Source: Podarcis melisellensis (lineage: Eukaryota). Taken from it: a DNA stretch of 64,000 nucleotides. The stretch is from the NCBI GenBank assembly GCA_964234715.1, contig OZ174281.1. One strand, given 5' to 3'. The notes beneath the pieces were generated by a model. The model saw only the letters and a list, made by a program, of their open reading frames with translations, made no database searches and was not told the origin of the DNA. This document shows, piece after piece, positions 36,908 through 48,582 of this stretch. A program made the translations under genes and the position numbers. The first letter of the stretch is position 1. Each line of letters begins with the position of its first letter.

Positions 36908-39328
36908 CTGTTCTCCATTATCTACTGCAGAATCAATATTGTTTCCTACATTGCCTGTAAAAGGCACAGCAGGTTTCTCACTGCTTAGAATATTCTCCGT
37001 AATCTGTATATTTGGTGTCAGGAAGGCAAACTCATTCTTCCTGGTCTCAGAAGACAGACACAGCTGGTAGGAATAGGGCAAAGTCCCATCTTCAAAGTTG
37101 GGTGGGAAGATGGCACCATTCTTGGAATGGGGAACAGGACCAAAGCACTGTAGGAACCTGGGATGCCCTGATTGACGGAGCTTCATTGTAACGGCCAGAA
37201 TCACAGTCAAGAGGAACAAGAAAGAGATCACAGCTAAGGCCAGCACCAAGTAGAACTGCAGGTCAGACTGATACTCCGAGCTGTTGGCTTGGCTCTTCAT
37301 TTCCGGAAGGGCCTCCTGAAAGTTCTCAGCAAACACCAGGTTCAGAGTCATGGTGGCCGAGAGAGACGGCTGCCCGTTATCCTTCACCATAATGACCAGT
37401 CTCTGTTTCACAGCGTCTCTCTCCACAAAGGCCCTGGCCGTCCTGATCTCTCCAGTATGAGAACCAACCGTGAAGAGTGCCGGCTCAGTGGCCTGAGTCA
37501 GGTGGTAGGAGAGCCAGGCGTTGTGTCCAGAATCTGCATCCACGGCCACCACCTTGGTGACAAGATAATCTGCCTCGGCCGAACGAGGCACCATCTCAAA
37601 CAAGGCTGAGCCCTTGGCTTCTTGTGAGGGGGACAGGATACGAGGGCTGTTATCATTCCTGTCAAGAACAAACACCCTGACGCTCACATTGCTGCTGAGA
37701 GGGGGAGAACCCCCATCTTGGGCCTTCACTTGCAGCCGGAACTCTCTGAATTGTTCATAGTCAAAGGATCTCTGGGCATAGATGGTGCCGGTCTCTGAAT
37801 TAATGGAGATATAGAAGGAGATGGGAAGCTCCTCAATGTTGCTGTTGAGGATGGAGTATGTGATCCGTGAGTTCTGGTCCATGTCGGGATCAGAGGCTTT
37901 GATGGTGAAAATGGAGGCACCTGAAGGATTGTTTTCTGGCACGTAGATAATATATGAAGATTTCTGAAATGTAGGGGCATTATCATTGATATCCGAAACC
38001 TGTAGTGAGATCGTTTTGTGTGTGGAAAGAGGTGGAGTTCCTTTATCAATTGCTGTGATTGTAATATTATATGCAGGAGCTATTTCTCTGTCCAGGAGAC
38101 TGTCTGTCTGGAGCTTGAAGTAATTGTTTGCTGAGGGAAGAATTTTGAAGGGTAAATCATCCTGTAAATAGCAAGTAACCTTCCCATTATCACCACTATC
38201 TCTGTCATTTACATTGATCAGAGCAATGACAGTTCCTGGCAGAGAATCTTCAGGAACAGGGCTGAACATGGAGGCTAACGTCACTTCTGGGGCATTATCA
38301 TTCTCATCAAGTACAGTTATTTCAATGTTGGATTGTGCCACCAATCCGCCACCATCTTTGGCTTCTACTGTCATAGTATATTCTTTAGTTTCCTCAAAGT
38401 TGAGCAGTCCCATAAGAGTGACTATGCCATTAATTGGATCCAAACTGAATTTCTTGTGGCTGTTTGCTGGTATGTTGCTGAACTGATACCTGATCTGAGC
38501 ATAAGAGCTTTCATCTTTATCTGAGGCTACAACCTGGAGCACAAGTGACCCAACAGGAACATTTTCAGGTAAATTGACCTTGTACACCTCCTGAGTGAAA
38601 ACAGGTGGGTTGTCATTGGCATCTGTGACATTAATTCGTATCTGGACAGTCCCAGTTTTTCTTGGTTCGCCCCCATCCAAGGCTGTAAGGATCAAGTGAA
38701 TTGTCTGTTCACTTTCTCGATCCATAACTTTACTTAGCACTAATTCGGCATATTTATTTCCATCTTTTCTCTCCCTTACTTCCAAGGTGAAGTACTGGTT
38801 GGAGCTCAGCTGGTAATTCTGGAGAGAGTTCAACCCAATATCAGGATCTTCTGCTTTCCCAAGGAGAAATCTGGTTCCTAGAACAGTTGATTCTATTATC
38901 TCCAAGTTGATTATATCACCAAGGAAATGTGGTGCATTATCATTAATATCCTGTATAATTATTGTTATATGGAAAACATTTAAAGGATTTTCCATCACCA
39001 CTTCAAAATTAATAAGGCAGAGTGGAGTTGTGCCACATATTTCCTCCCTATCAATTCTGTCATTCACATAAAGGTTTCCATTGTCTGCACTTATGCTGAA
39101 ATACTGCATTTTGTTCACAGAGGCAGCATGCAGATTGCGCCTTCCTAGATCTCTGGCATTCAGTCCCAAATCTTTGGCGAGATTTCCCACAATCAAACCC
39201 TTTGCCATCTCCTCAGGGATAGAATAGCGAATCTGCTCTGAGGCAGCCCAGCAGGAGAAAGGCAAAAATAAGAGAAGCAGTACTTGCTTTCTGAGTGTTC
39301 TGCCATCCTCTTCCTGCCTTTTGTCCAT
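36908..39328 (-). CDS. PCDHGB: Protocadherin gamma-B-type variable exon V7 (MDKRQE...; family-A C-terminal half), 807 codons
   Basis: First ATG at 39328 (39337 is GTG). Donor CAG|GTAAGG at 36908/36907. Confidence 0.92.
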
Positions 39329-39592
39329 CCAGATCACTGAGAAATTTTCTGCCTCCTTTTCTGCAGCTTGTAGTGACCAGATCAGTTTCTCAATAGCACA
39401 GAGTAAATCTCTGTAAGTAAATATAAACTGTCTTCCTTCTTAGATTGTGAGGACTGGGAGCCTTTTCCTTTTTTCAGCCAGACTGCAATGCCTTTGTGTT
39501 TTTCTCTGTGCACAGTCTGTACAGAACTGATGAAATACTCACTTTGTAGGAGAAGCATAACTAGAGCTCCATCCTTTTTTCTGGCACCACAC

Positions 39593-39633
39593 TGGCCAAC
39601 AGTGACACTCTGAGGCTCAGAGAGAGAATTGCA
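39593..39633 (-). promoter_or_regulatory. V7 promoter CSE / CTCF site (CACT variant)
   Basis: TGCAA-N13-CCTCAGAGTGTCACTGTTGGCCA. Confidence 0.8.
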
Positions 39634-39980
39634 AATGTTGTTTTGTTATGAAAATAAAAAGCAGAAATACTACCAGTATGATCATATCTTTGTGTTCCAG
39701 TAAAAAGGACAACTGAAAGAGTCAGATATTTGAGAATGCCCTCCTATTGAAATTAATACTTCATTGCTTTTTACACTCAGTTTTTAGATTCTTTCACGCT
39801 GGCCAGTGACTTTTAATGTTTTGGAACTGCTACTGTGACTATGAAGAGAACTTTCAAACTCCATGGTCAGGCAATACCTTCATTATTGCCAACAAAAATG
39901 CCACAAATTCTAGCTCCTGAAATTGTCATATCAGAAATTTCCAGAGATGCAGTATTTTTACAATTCCATTTGCAGAAGTA

Positions 39981-40203
39981 CAGTGGTACCTCGGGTTACA
40001 TACGCTTCAGGTTACATATGCTTCAGATTATACACTCCACTAACCTAGAAATAGTGATTCAGGATAAGAACAGAAATTGGGCTCTGGCAGTGTGGCGGCA
40101 GCAGGAGGCCCCATTAGCTAAAGTGGTGCATCAGGTTAAGAACAGTTTCAGGTTAAGTATGGACCTCCAGAAAGAATGAAGTACTTAACCCGAGGTACCA
40201 CTG
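39981..40203. mobile_element. Non-autonomous Tc1/mariner-pogo-type MITE
   Basis: Perfect 18-bp TIR CAGTGGTACCTCGGGTTA / TAACCCGAGGTACCACTG, with TA on both sides. Confidence 0.88.
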
Positions 40204-41013
40204 TATTTTCATTTTCCCAATCAGAAGCTCATACCTTATTGGACACTTCTGCCTGACCAGAGATCTCTCTGTGTAACCTTTTTGGGAAAAATGAATAGTG
40301 TTAAGGCTGGAACTAGATGTTCTTTCAAAGGATGTGTGGCTGGCATCAAAAGTAGCAGTTCTGTGTCTCCCCCTCTCACCAAAAGAACTCAAAGTAAAAT
40401 AAAAGCTGTAAGACGATGCCATTGCTTTCAAAGCTTCACCACCTATGCATGTGGCAACCAATGAAGTGAGGAAAATTGCAACAAGATTGACTAGATGTTA
40501 CAGATTAGAGAAAAGGAGAAGATGTGGGGTTGCTGCTTTTGGCATTGCCATAGTATCCTTCTGCACAGGACTGTCTCAGATGGGCATTGAGGGCAAGGTG
40601 GGTTCTAATGCTAGTGGGACAAGCAACCAATAAACCCAACCACCCATGTATGTACTTCTCTTACTTTGTGACTTTACCAAATACTTGTGCCAGTGACATT
40701 GTCTGCATATCATACATACAGGCTGCATGTTCCCCTGGCTTTGCCACCTTAGCATTATGGAGGATCATGAGCAATCCAGACATCCTAAAACTATGCTGCT
40801 GTACAGTTCTAAGATGAGACACCAGATAAGACCACATTTTCCATCAAGTGACTCTTCTCGGTCTCATGGAGAGATCCTTCCCAGCTATGTTCTTGGAGAT
40901 CCTTTAACTGGAGAGGGTAAGAATTGAATCTGGGACCTTCTGAGTACAACAAACTATAGAATTCCACTACTCAGCTATAGAATTCCAAATGTGGGGGAGT
41001 AGAGATTATTATT

Positions 41014-41357
41014 AAGGTAAAGGTACCCCTGCCCGTTCGGGCCAGTCTTGCCAGACTCTAGGGTTGTGCGCTCATCTCACTCTAGAGGCCGGGAGCCAGC
41101 GCTGTCCGCAGACACTTCCGGGTCATGTGGCCAGCGTGACAAGCTGCATCTGGCGAGCCAGCGCAGCACACGGAACGCTGTTTACCTTCCCGCTGGTAAG
41201 CGGTCCCTATTTATCTACTTGCACCCGGTGGTGCTTTCAAACTGCTAGGTTGGCAGGCGCTAGGACCGAACGACGGGAGCTCACCCCGCCGCGGGGATTC
41301 GAACCGCCAACCATGTGATCGGCAAGTCCTAGGTGCTGAGGTTTTACCCACAGCGCC
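41014..41357 (-). mobile_element. Sauria SINE (different subfamily)
   Basis: GGTTCGAATCCCC B-box, GGCCACATGACC core and TACCTTTACC tail. Confidence 0.85.
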
Positions 41358-41359
41358 TC

Positions 41360-41560
41360 ACCTGTTTATCCCACTTTTCCTCCAAGAAGTTCAGGGCAGC
41401 TTAGAGGTATGTGAGTGTGGGATCATTCCATTTTATCTTCTCAACAACCCTGGAGAAAGGCCAGGCTGAGAGAGATGTGACCAACGCTGCCCAGTGAGCT
41501 TCCTTTTGGATGAGTAATCATTTGAACTCAAGATTCCATGGTTCAACATTCTGTCCATTG
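41360..41560 (-). mobile_element. Old squamate SINE fragment (similar fragment ~46660-46780)
   Basis: ttttatcttctcaacaaccctg...ggctgagagag...cccagtgagcttc motif. Family not firmly assigned. Confidence 0.5.
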
Positions 41561-42745
41561 CACCTCAGGCTTCAAATATAGAACCTCTCAAAGCTGCCAT
41601 ACTTAAGCATTGCCACAATACACTTATTATTAATATGTCTACTTATGTGAAACATATTCTGATCATACTTGAGATACTTTTTTCTAGATATTTCTCATTC
41701 TTTGCTTTCTCCTAAACTGGTAAAAACATAAGCTGAAATCACTATGCATAGACTGCTGGTTAAAGATAATATACTCTGTCACATAAAGCCAAATTCCTAT
41801 AACTAAATATTTAATATTATGGAGAATCAAAGACTGCAATGAAATTGGTTTACAAACAGAAAACAGTAGGTCCTGGTCCACATGTGCATATTTATCATTT
41901 GATGACTGCAGCATCTAGTGTGAACACAGATGTCACACCACAAATAAAATGGTTGAATGTTCTGAAACAAATCCAGTTCAGCTGCCAAGTGATCAAACTG
42001 TGTTCAAACAGTTAACAAGTGATGTAGTTGTTCACATAAACTAGCCCTAGATTTTATACTCAAGGTGTGAAAGCACATAATTAACTCCAAAGGTTTGCAT
42101 ACTTCTTAATAAGATTTGATTAATGCAGTTGTTGTATAATGACTGGAATGTTTTAATTTAGCATGTTCTAAAGCTTCCCAATCATCTCAAACTCCTGAAC
42201 TGTCTCAGGCTTCCATTGGGAAAATACAGCTGATGAGTTTTGATCATATTATGGGTCTGTCACCATATGTGGGGTTAGAAATGAATTTCCCCATCCACAA
42301 GAATGGTGAGTGATAAAACCTGGGTATCGTCCTCCCTTAGAAGTGTGTGTCATCTAAGAACTAGGCATACATTATACTTCAAGCAAGGCAAATAAATGCA
42401 TAATACTGTTTTGATCTCAAATCTACTTATATAACAACTATGAAATAGTTTTTCTTGTCAAAGAGAGTAAGCAAACATTCACTCTGATTCTTTCTTTCCT
42501 GGGGGACTCTGACAAATATTTCTTTTGACCAAGAGAAGTCTAGTTTTTATGGGGGAAAGTGGTGTGCTTGTTGTATGTGTGGCATAGGTATTTTCAAATA
42601 CCAAAAACTATAAGATTCTGGTAAAGATAAAATAATATGAGTGGAAGAATGTTCTCCCAACCCCCTCTTCATAAAAGCACATAACAATTAATAGCAGGCA
42701 TTATATTTAAAACCTAAGACCCCAGATCTGAAAGGGATAGCTCAC

Positions 42746-45160
42746 CTGTGTATTGGCTGAATCTCCATTACTGCTATTAATATCTTCAGCAATGAGGAAG
42801 GGATCCTTTATTTCACACGTATCTTTATTGCTCAGAGTATTGGAATAATTTGCCTTAGAAATATTAAACTGACTTTTCCTTGAGTCTGTGGTGAGAGAAA
42901 CCTCCTGGCAGTAGGAGTGCAGAAATGCTCGGACTCCATCAATCCCCACAAACTGTGAGATAGGAGCACCACTGAAATTCACACTCCCTGACTCAAGCAG
43001 CTGAGAATTTCGCCACCTGTGCAACTTGATGGCCAGTAACACAAGGAGGAAAGTGAAGAACAAGCAGGAGACAAAAGCCACTGCAAGGACCAGGTAGAAG
43101 GTGAGGTCAGACGGAGGCTCTACAGGAGCTGAGATGCTGCTAAGGTCTGACAGGATTGCAGGGATGGTGTCAGCCAGCACCACAGTCAGAGTGGCTGAAG
43201 CAGAGAGAGGTGGCTGCCCATTGTCCTTCACTAAAACCACCAGGCTTTGCTTGAGGGCATCTTTCTCCAGGAAGAATCGGGCTGTCCTGATCTCTCCCGT
43301 GTGGAGCCCCAGAGTGAAGAACCCTGGCTCGGTGGCCTTGATCAGCTGGTAGGAGAGCCAGGCATTCTGGCCAGAGTCCGCATCCACAGCCACCACCTTA
43401 GTGACCAGGTAGCCTGGCTCAGAGGAGCGAGGGGCCAGCTCTATCCCTGTGGAGCCATCAGTGGGAGGGGAAGGGTAAAGGATTTGGGGTGCATTGTCAT
43501 TCTGGTCCAGGATGAAGAGAGTCACTGAGACGTTGGAGCTGAGTGGTGGAGAACCTCCATCCTGGGCCTTGACCAGAAACTTAATCTCCCTCATCTCCTC
43601 ATAATCAAAAGAGATCAGGCCATAGACAATCCCAGTCTCAGAGTTAATGGAGAGGAAGGAAGATACTGGGGAGTCACTGATGTTGTGCTCAATGATGGAA
43701 TAAGTGACTCTGGAGTTCTCTCCACAGTCTGGATCATCAGCCTTCAAGGAAAATATGGAGGCCCCTCTTGGGTTGTTCTCCATTAAATACGAAGTATAAA
43801 TGGATTGCAGGAAGTGTGGAGGGTTGTCATTTGTGTCTAAAATCTCAAGTGGAATAACAATTGATGTGGAAAGTGGAGGGGTCCCATGATCCATGACTGT
43901 GACAGTGATGTTGTAGGCTGCCACCTGTTCTCTGTCCAGGGCTCTTGCTGTCACTAAACTGTAGTAGTTGCCATAGGCTTTTGTCAGTAGAAAGGGGAGG
44001 TTGCTGGGGATAGAACATGTGACTTCTGCATTCTCTGCCGAATCCTCATCTTGCACATTCAAAAGGGCTATTGCAGTCGCTGGTGGAGAGTTCTCAGGGA
44101 TGGAGCTGATAAGTGAAGCTATTTCCAGTTTGGGTGCATTGTCATTTACATCAGTAACAAATATCAAAAGTTTAGATTTGTCAAAGAGTTCACCACCATC
44201 ATGAACCTGGACCTCAATTTCATGAAGTGTAGACTCCTCGTAGTCTAAGCCTCTTGCAAGCGTAATTTCCCCAGTTTGTGAATTCAAATGAAATATTTGT
44301 GAAGCCCTTTCTGTGATCTTTCTGAATGAATATTTCAGTTCCTTGTTGACACCTTCATCCAGGTCAATGGCTTTTAATATAACCACTGTGGTACCAACAG
44401 GAATATCTTCCCTAACGCTTACTTCATAGCTATGATGGCTAAAAACTGGTGCATTGTCATTAGCATCTAAAACTGTCACTTGAATCTGTACAGTTCCTGT
44501 CCTGACTGGATCTCCCCCATCATATGCTGTGAGGACCAGATTATGAATAGCTTCCTCTTCACGGTCCAAAGGCCTTTCCAGTACCAATTCAGTGTATTGT
44601 CTACCGTCAACTGCCTCTTGCACATTTAGGGAGAAATGGCTACTGTTGCTGAGTTTGTATCCTTGAAGGGTATTGGTGCCCAAATCTAGATCCTGAGCTT
44701 CATCGAGGGGAAAGTGAGATCCAGGTGCTGTGAGTTCACTCATTTTGAGCTCCAGTTTCTCTGAATGGAAGGTGGGAGCGTTGTCATTAATATCTGTGAT
44801 TTCCACTTCAGCACCATATACTTTCATTGAATCCCCCACTATGGTATCAAAGTGCAAGACACACTTCTCCACTTGTCCACAGAGCACCTCTCTGTCTATT
44901 CTCTCTGTGATGTACAAATGACCACTCTTATAATTCAAAGCAAAATACTGTGTCCTACCTCGAGAAACAATGCGGACTCCACGGCGTGAGAGCTCTTTTA
45001 ATTCCAGCTTCAGGTCTTTTGCGATGGGCCCCACGAAAGAACCTTTTTCAGCTTCTTCAGGGATGGAATAATGAATCTGCCCTGTAACAGCTTGCCAAAC
45101 ATGAACCAGAATGAAACAAAAGACAGCTCTCCTTCTGCAATCCTGGAAAAGGGTTTCCAT
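42746..45160 (-). CDS. PCDHGA: Protocadherin gamma-A-type variable exon V8, 805 codons
   Basis: Gamma-A signatures [45 protein letters not shown] and cytoplasmic [27 protein letters not shown]. Donor CAG|GTGAGC at 42746/42745. Confidence 0.93.
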
Positions 45161-45432
45161 TGCCAGTTGTACTTCTGTGCCAAGGTGAAGATCTTACTTC
45201 TTTGACAGAGTGGCTATATTTTAGATTTGTCTGTATGTGACTGAAATTCTTAATATATACACACAGACAATACAGATATCTCTATTGCCTGTATTTTAAA
45301 ATACAGATTTGATTTAATATAAGATCCTCCAGTTGTTCAGATTCCATACGTGTGATCTCTCTTTCTGCATTTTCTGCAATGAAGCGGTTGGATGGGAAAG
45401 TTGAATCTCTTACTAAATTGTTCAGCCTTGGT

Positions 45433-45473
45433 TGGTAAACAGCGACACCCAGAGTCCTAAAACAATAACTTCA
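45433..45473 (-). promoter_or_regulatory. V8 (gamma-A) promoter CSE / CTCF site, intact CGCT box
   Basis: TGAAG-N13-ACTCTGGGTGTCGCTGTTTACCA; resembles the mammalian Pcdhg CSE. Confidence 0.85.
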
Positions 45474-46426
45474 TCTTCTTGGTGCTTTCTGAAATGCCAC
45501 TTTCCTTAGTACGGTATATTTCTCATCCTGATACATTAGCTGCAAGTACAGTAGATGACCAGATAAAAACTCCCACTCCATTTGTGTGACATTTTGTAGC
45601 AATCCAGGTTCATGATTGAATCACATTTCTGACCATAGAAACTGATTGTTCTCTGCTTATAATCATTATCCTGCTATCGTAGGCTGTTACTCTCCACACA
45701 GTCTCTTGGAAGTTGGACTATGGTAGACACTGTGATGATCTTGTCTGAAATATGTTTCCCTGATATTTTCTAGTACTTTAATAAGCATTTTTTTCTGTTC
45801 AGATTTTAAATAACGTGGAATTCAGCTAGAAACTCACGTGTTTGTATGCACACACATATGTGATCATAAATCTTTTCTGTGCTATCTAGAATTTAAACCA
45901 ACTCTCTTATAAAAATAGATAACTCTTAAATTATGGGAATAAAATAATGATAAAATATGTTTCCAAAATATTTATTTTTAAAATGTTCATCCCACCCATG
46001 CCCCCAAATTTGCTCAGGGCAACTTTATCTCAAGAAATATAAGGATAAGGTAACAGGAAGGGTTGTGCCCATAACATACACATTCATATGCACATTTACT
46101 CAAGGCCAAATACATGGTACATTAAAATAGCATGTGTGGACCCTGTGACTTGGATCAGTGCAGTGATGCAGGGGGTACCTAATTGGGCCTCATTTCCCCC
46201 CAACATGTTGCTTTGGCTGATCTGCACTGAGGTTATGGCACAGAGAAAAACATTAGACCTGCCCATTCTCATGTTGTGGCCCTGATCAAAATTAGAAAAC
46301 CTTCACGACTCCTTCTACAAAGAAGAAAATTATATCAGGATACCAAATGCAGAGCTCCTATGTAACAAGTAGTTTATCTCTCAGAAGATCCACTGCGTTC
46401 AAGCATAGGAGTGTGTGTATGTGTAG

Positions 46427-46428
<2 letters not shown>

Positions 46429-46460
<32 letters not shown>

Positions 46461-46473
46461 ACAGAGAGAGAGA
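46429..46473. repeat. (AC)n(AG)n compound microsatellite
   Basis: Seen directly. Confidence 0.9.
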
Positions 46474-47189
46474 ATCCTGAATCCTAAGAATTGCTGAATC
46501 CTATTTTAAACAATAGTGTTTTTCTGATTGAAATGTTTACATGCAGTCTCAAACAGGGCAGAGCACTACAAATAAATACAAAAATGGATTTTAAAGGACT
46601 CCTAATATTTTTCGTATCATAGTTATATTTTGCCTTTCCTCCAATGAGCTTACATGGCCCCCCACCCCTCTTTTCTCTTCACAATAGAAATGATGTTGGT
46701 TAGGTTGATAGGTCAGTGACAGGCTCAAGTTCACCCGGTGAGTTTCATGGCTGAGTGAGGATGTTAACCTTTATCTCCCCAATCCTTTCACCTCCAAACT
46801 TTCAGAATTTTGTGGGAGGGATCCAAGCACACAATTAAATTGTATTGAAGTGCTTTGCTGTCACTGCACAATATAGCTGTTTGTAAAAAATGGGACTTTT
46901 GTGGTTAGGCAAGTGCTAGGGAAATGCACTGGAAAGAGTGAGGTGAATGAATGATTCATGGGAAGATGTATAAATGCTGCAGAAACAAATCAGGATCCAT
47001 GCTCATTGTCACAGAACCTCCCTGCAAACAAATCAGAACAAGCGTGCAAGAAAGATATAGTCTAACCTTCCCAGTAAGCTTTGTGCAAGTAAATCAGAAT
47101 AACTTCTCAATAAACAGGTTGTCTCTAGGGGCCCCTAGTTCAAAAGTCAAACTGCTATACCACAAGAACTTTCTTTCTATAAGCACTAC

Positions 47190-47483
47190 TGTTAAGTTGT
47201 GGGTGAACATATCAGACGACACAGCGATTCTTCAAACAGCTCTTGTTTATTCCGAGGCCAGAACAGAACTGAACTGAAGAGCTCAGTCAGCCTGCTTATA
47301 TAGAGCTCCAGTACAACATTACTGTAGCAACTTTCTAAAACTGTCCAATCACTGAACATCACTTTCGATCCTTTATTTGCATACAAACTATCCAATCACT
47401 GAATGTCACTTTTGATCTTTCATTTGCATAACTATCTACAGTGTCCCCCTGCTGGCTCAGGGTGAGAACTTCAGTACATAACA
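47190..47483 (-). mobile_element. Solo LTR (294 bp) of an LTR retrotransposon
   Basis: TGTTA...TAACA termini and 5-bp TSD ACTAC (47185-89 / 47484-88). On the minus strand: two 47-bp repeats each with an octamer and a CCAAT box, TATA CTATATAA (47296-303) and AATAAA (47246-51). Confidence 0.85.
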
Positions 47484-48582
47484 ACTACATTTCTAGGAGC
47501 TTCATGTGACATCAAGCATGTCTGTAGCAATGTGATTCTGTCAAGTGTTTAGGGGATTTTTTTTTTATCTTATACTGTGTTGTAATGCTAAGCATGACAT
47601 GAATTATCCAATTCTGATTTTGTCACATAAAACAGCATCAAGTATTCTCAAATTCGCTGCTTCTCTGAAATCTTTATCATCTCTTTCTTTCTAAACTGGT
47701 TTGAAAACTGATTCTTTTTTCCTTTTTTTAAAAAAAAATCATAAAAGTGTAGAATTATAGCAAATGATTCAAAATGAGTGACCAAACTAATTCAAAAATA
47801 TGGAGAAAACTACCACCACCCTATTTGTTTGGGTAGGAAGTTATTTGGTTAATGTGTGGAATCTTCAAATATTAGATTCCTCTATCCAAAATCTTTAAGA
47901 GCACAGCCCAAGATCACAGAAGGGTGCTAATTGTTTCAATTCTAAGTTGAGGATTGGGAATTTGAGCAGGTAGTGACAAGCTATAAGGACAAATTAAAAC
48001 TGAAGAGATTGCTAATTATCTAACTATTAGGTGTATAAATAATTCCTCTAGCATTCACTGCAATTAAAGTTGAAAGAATATTGCAGTATCAAATAGCAGA
48101 CATTGTAAAGCACCCCAATTTTCATTGCACACAGGGGTGCTATAAAATGATATCATAAGATGTGAACTAAGTGGGTGTGATCCAAAATTATTTATTGCTT
48201 CCTCTTCCTTCCTCCTTCTCCACTCCCGTCACTTCCAGACTGTGACATATATGCACATTTATCCGCCTTATTAAGTATCCATATAGATGGCAATGTGTAG
48301 ATCTGTAAATAAGTAACTGCAGAGCATGTCTAGAACTACAGTAGGATTAGTCAGAATTAATATAGATAAAATGATTGCTTCATTAAAGTTGAAGTAACTA
48401 GAAAAACAAGGACTATTTAGCATCTGTTATAAAAGAAATTATATCTCTTTTCCTCAGACTGTACATCATTATGAATCTATTGGAAGATACATCCACTATC
48501 TACAATATAGTTCTTCATATATAGACACAGTTTAAAAGTAGTGCAGGAGATAATGTGAATAATATCTAGAACGAAAACTCAC

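Larger units (their letters stand above)
15000..38000. repeat. Recent ~11.5-kb tandem segmental duplication (within V3 to within V5 = within V5 to within V7)
   Basis: 17246-22234 matches 28793-33791, and 22500-26372 matches 34050-36908, including shared TE fragments. Confidence 0.85.
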
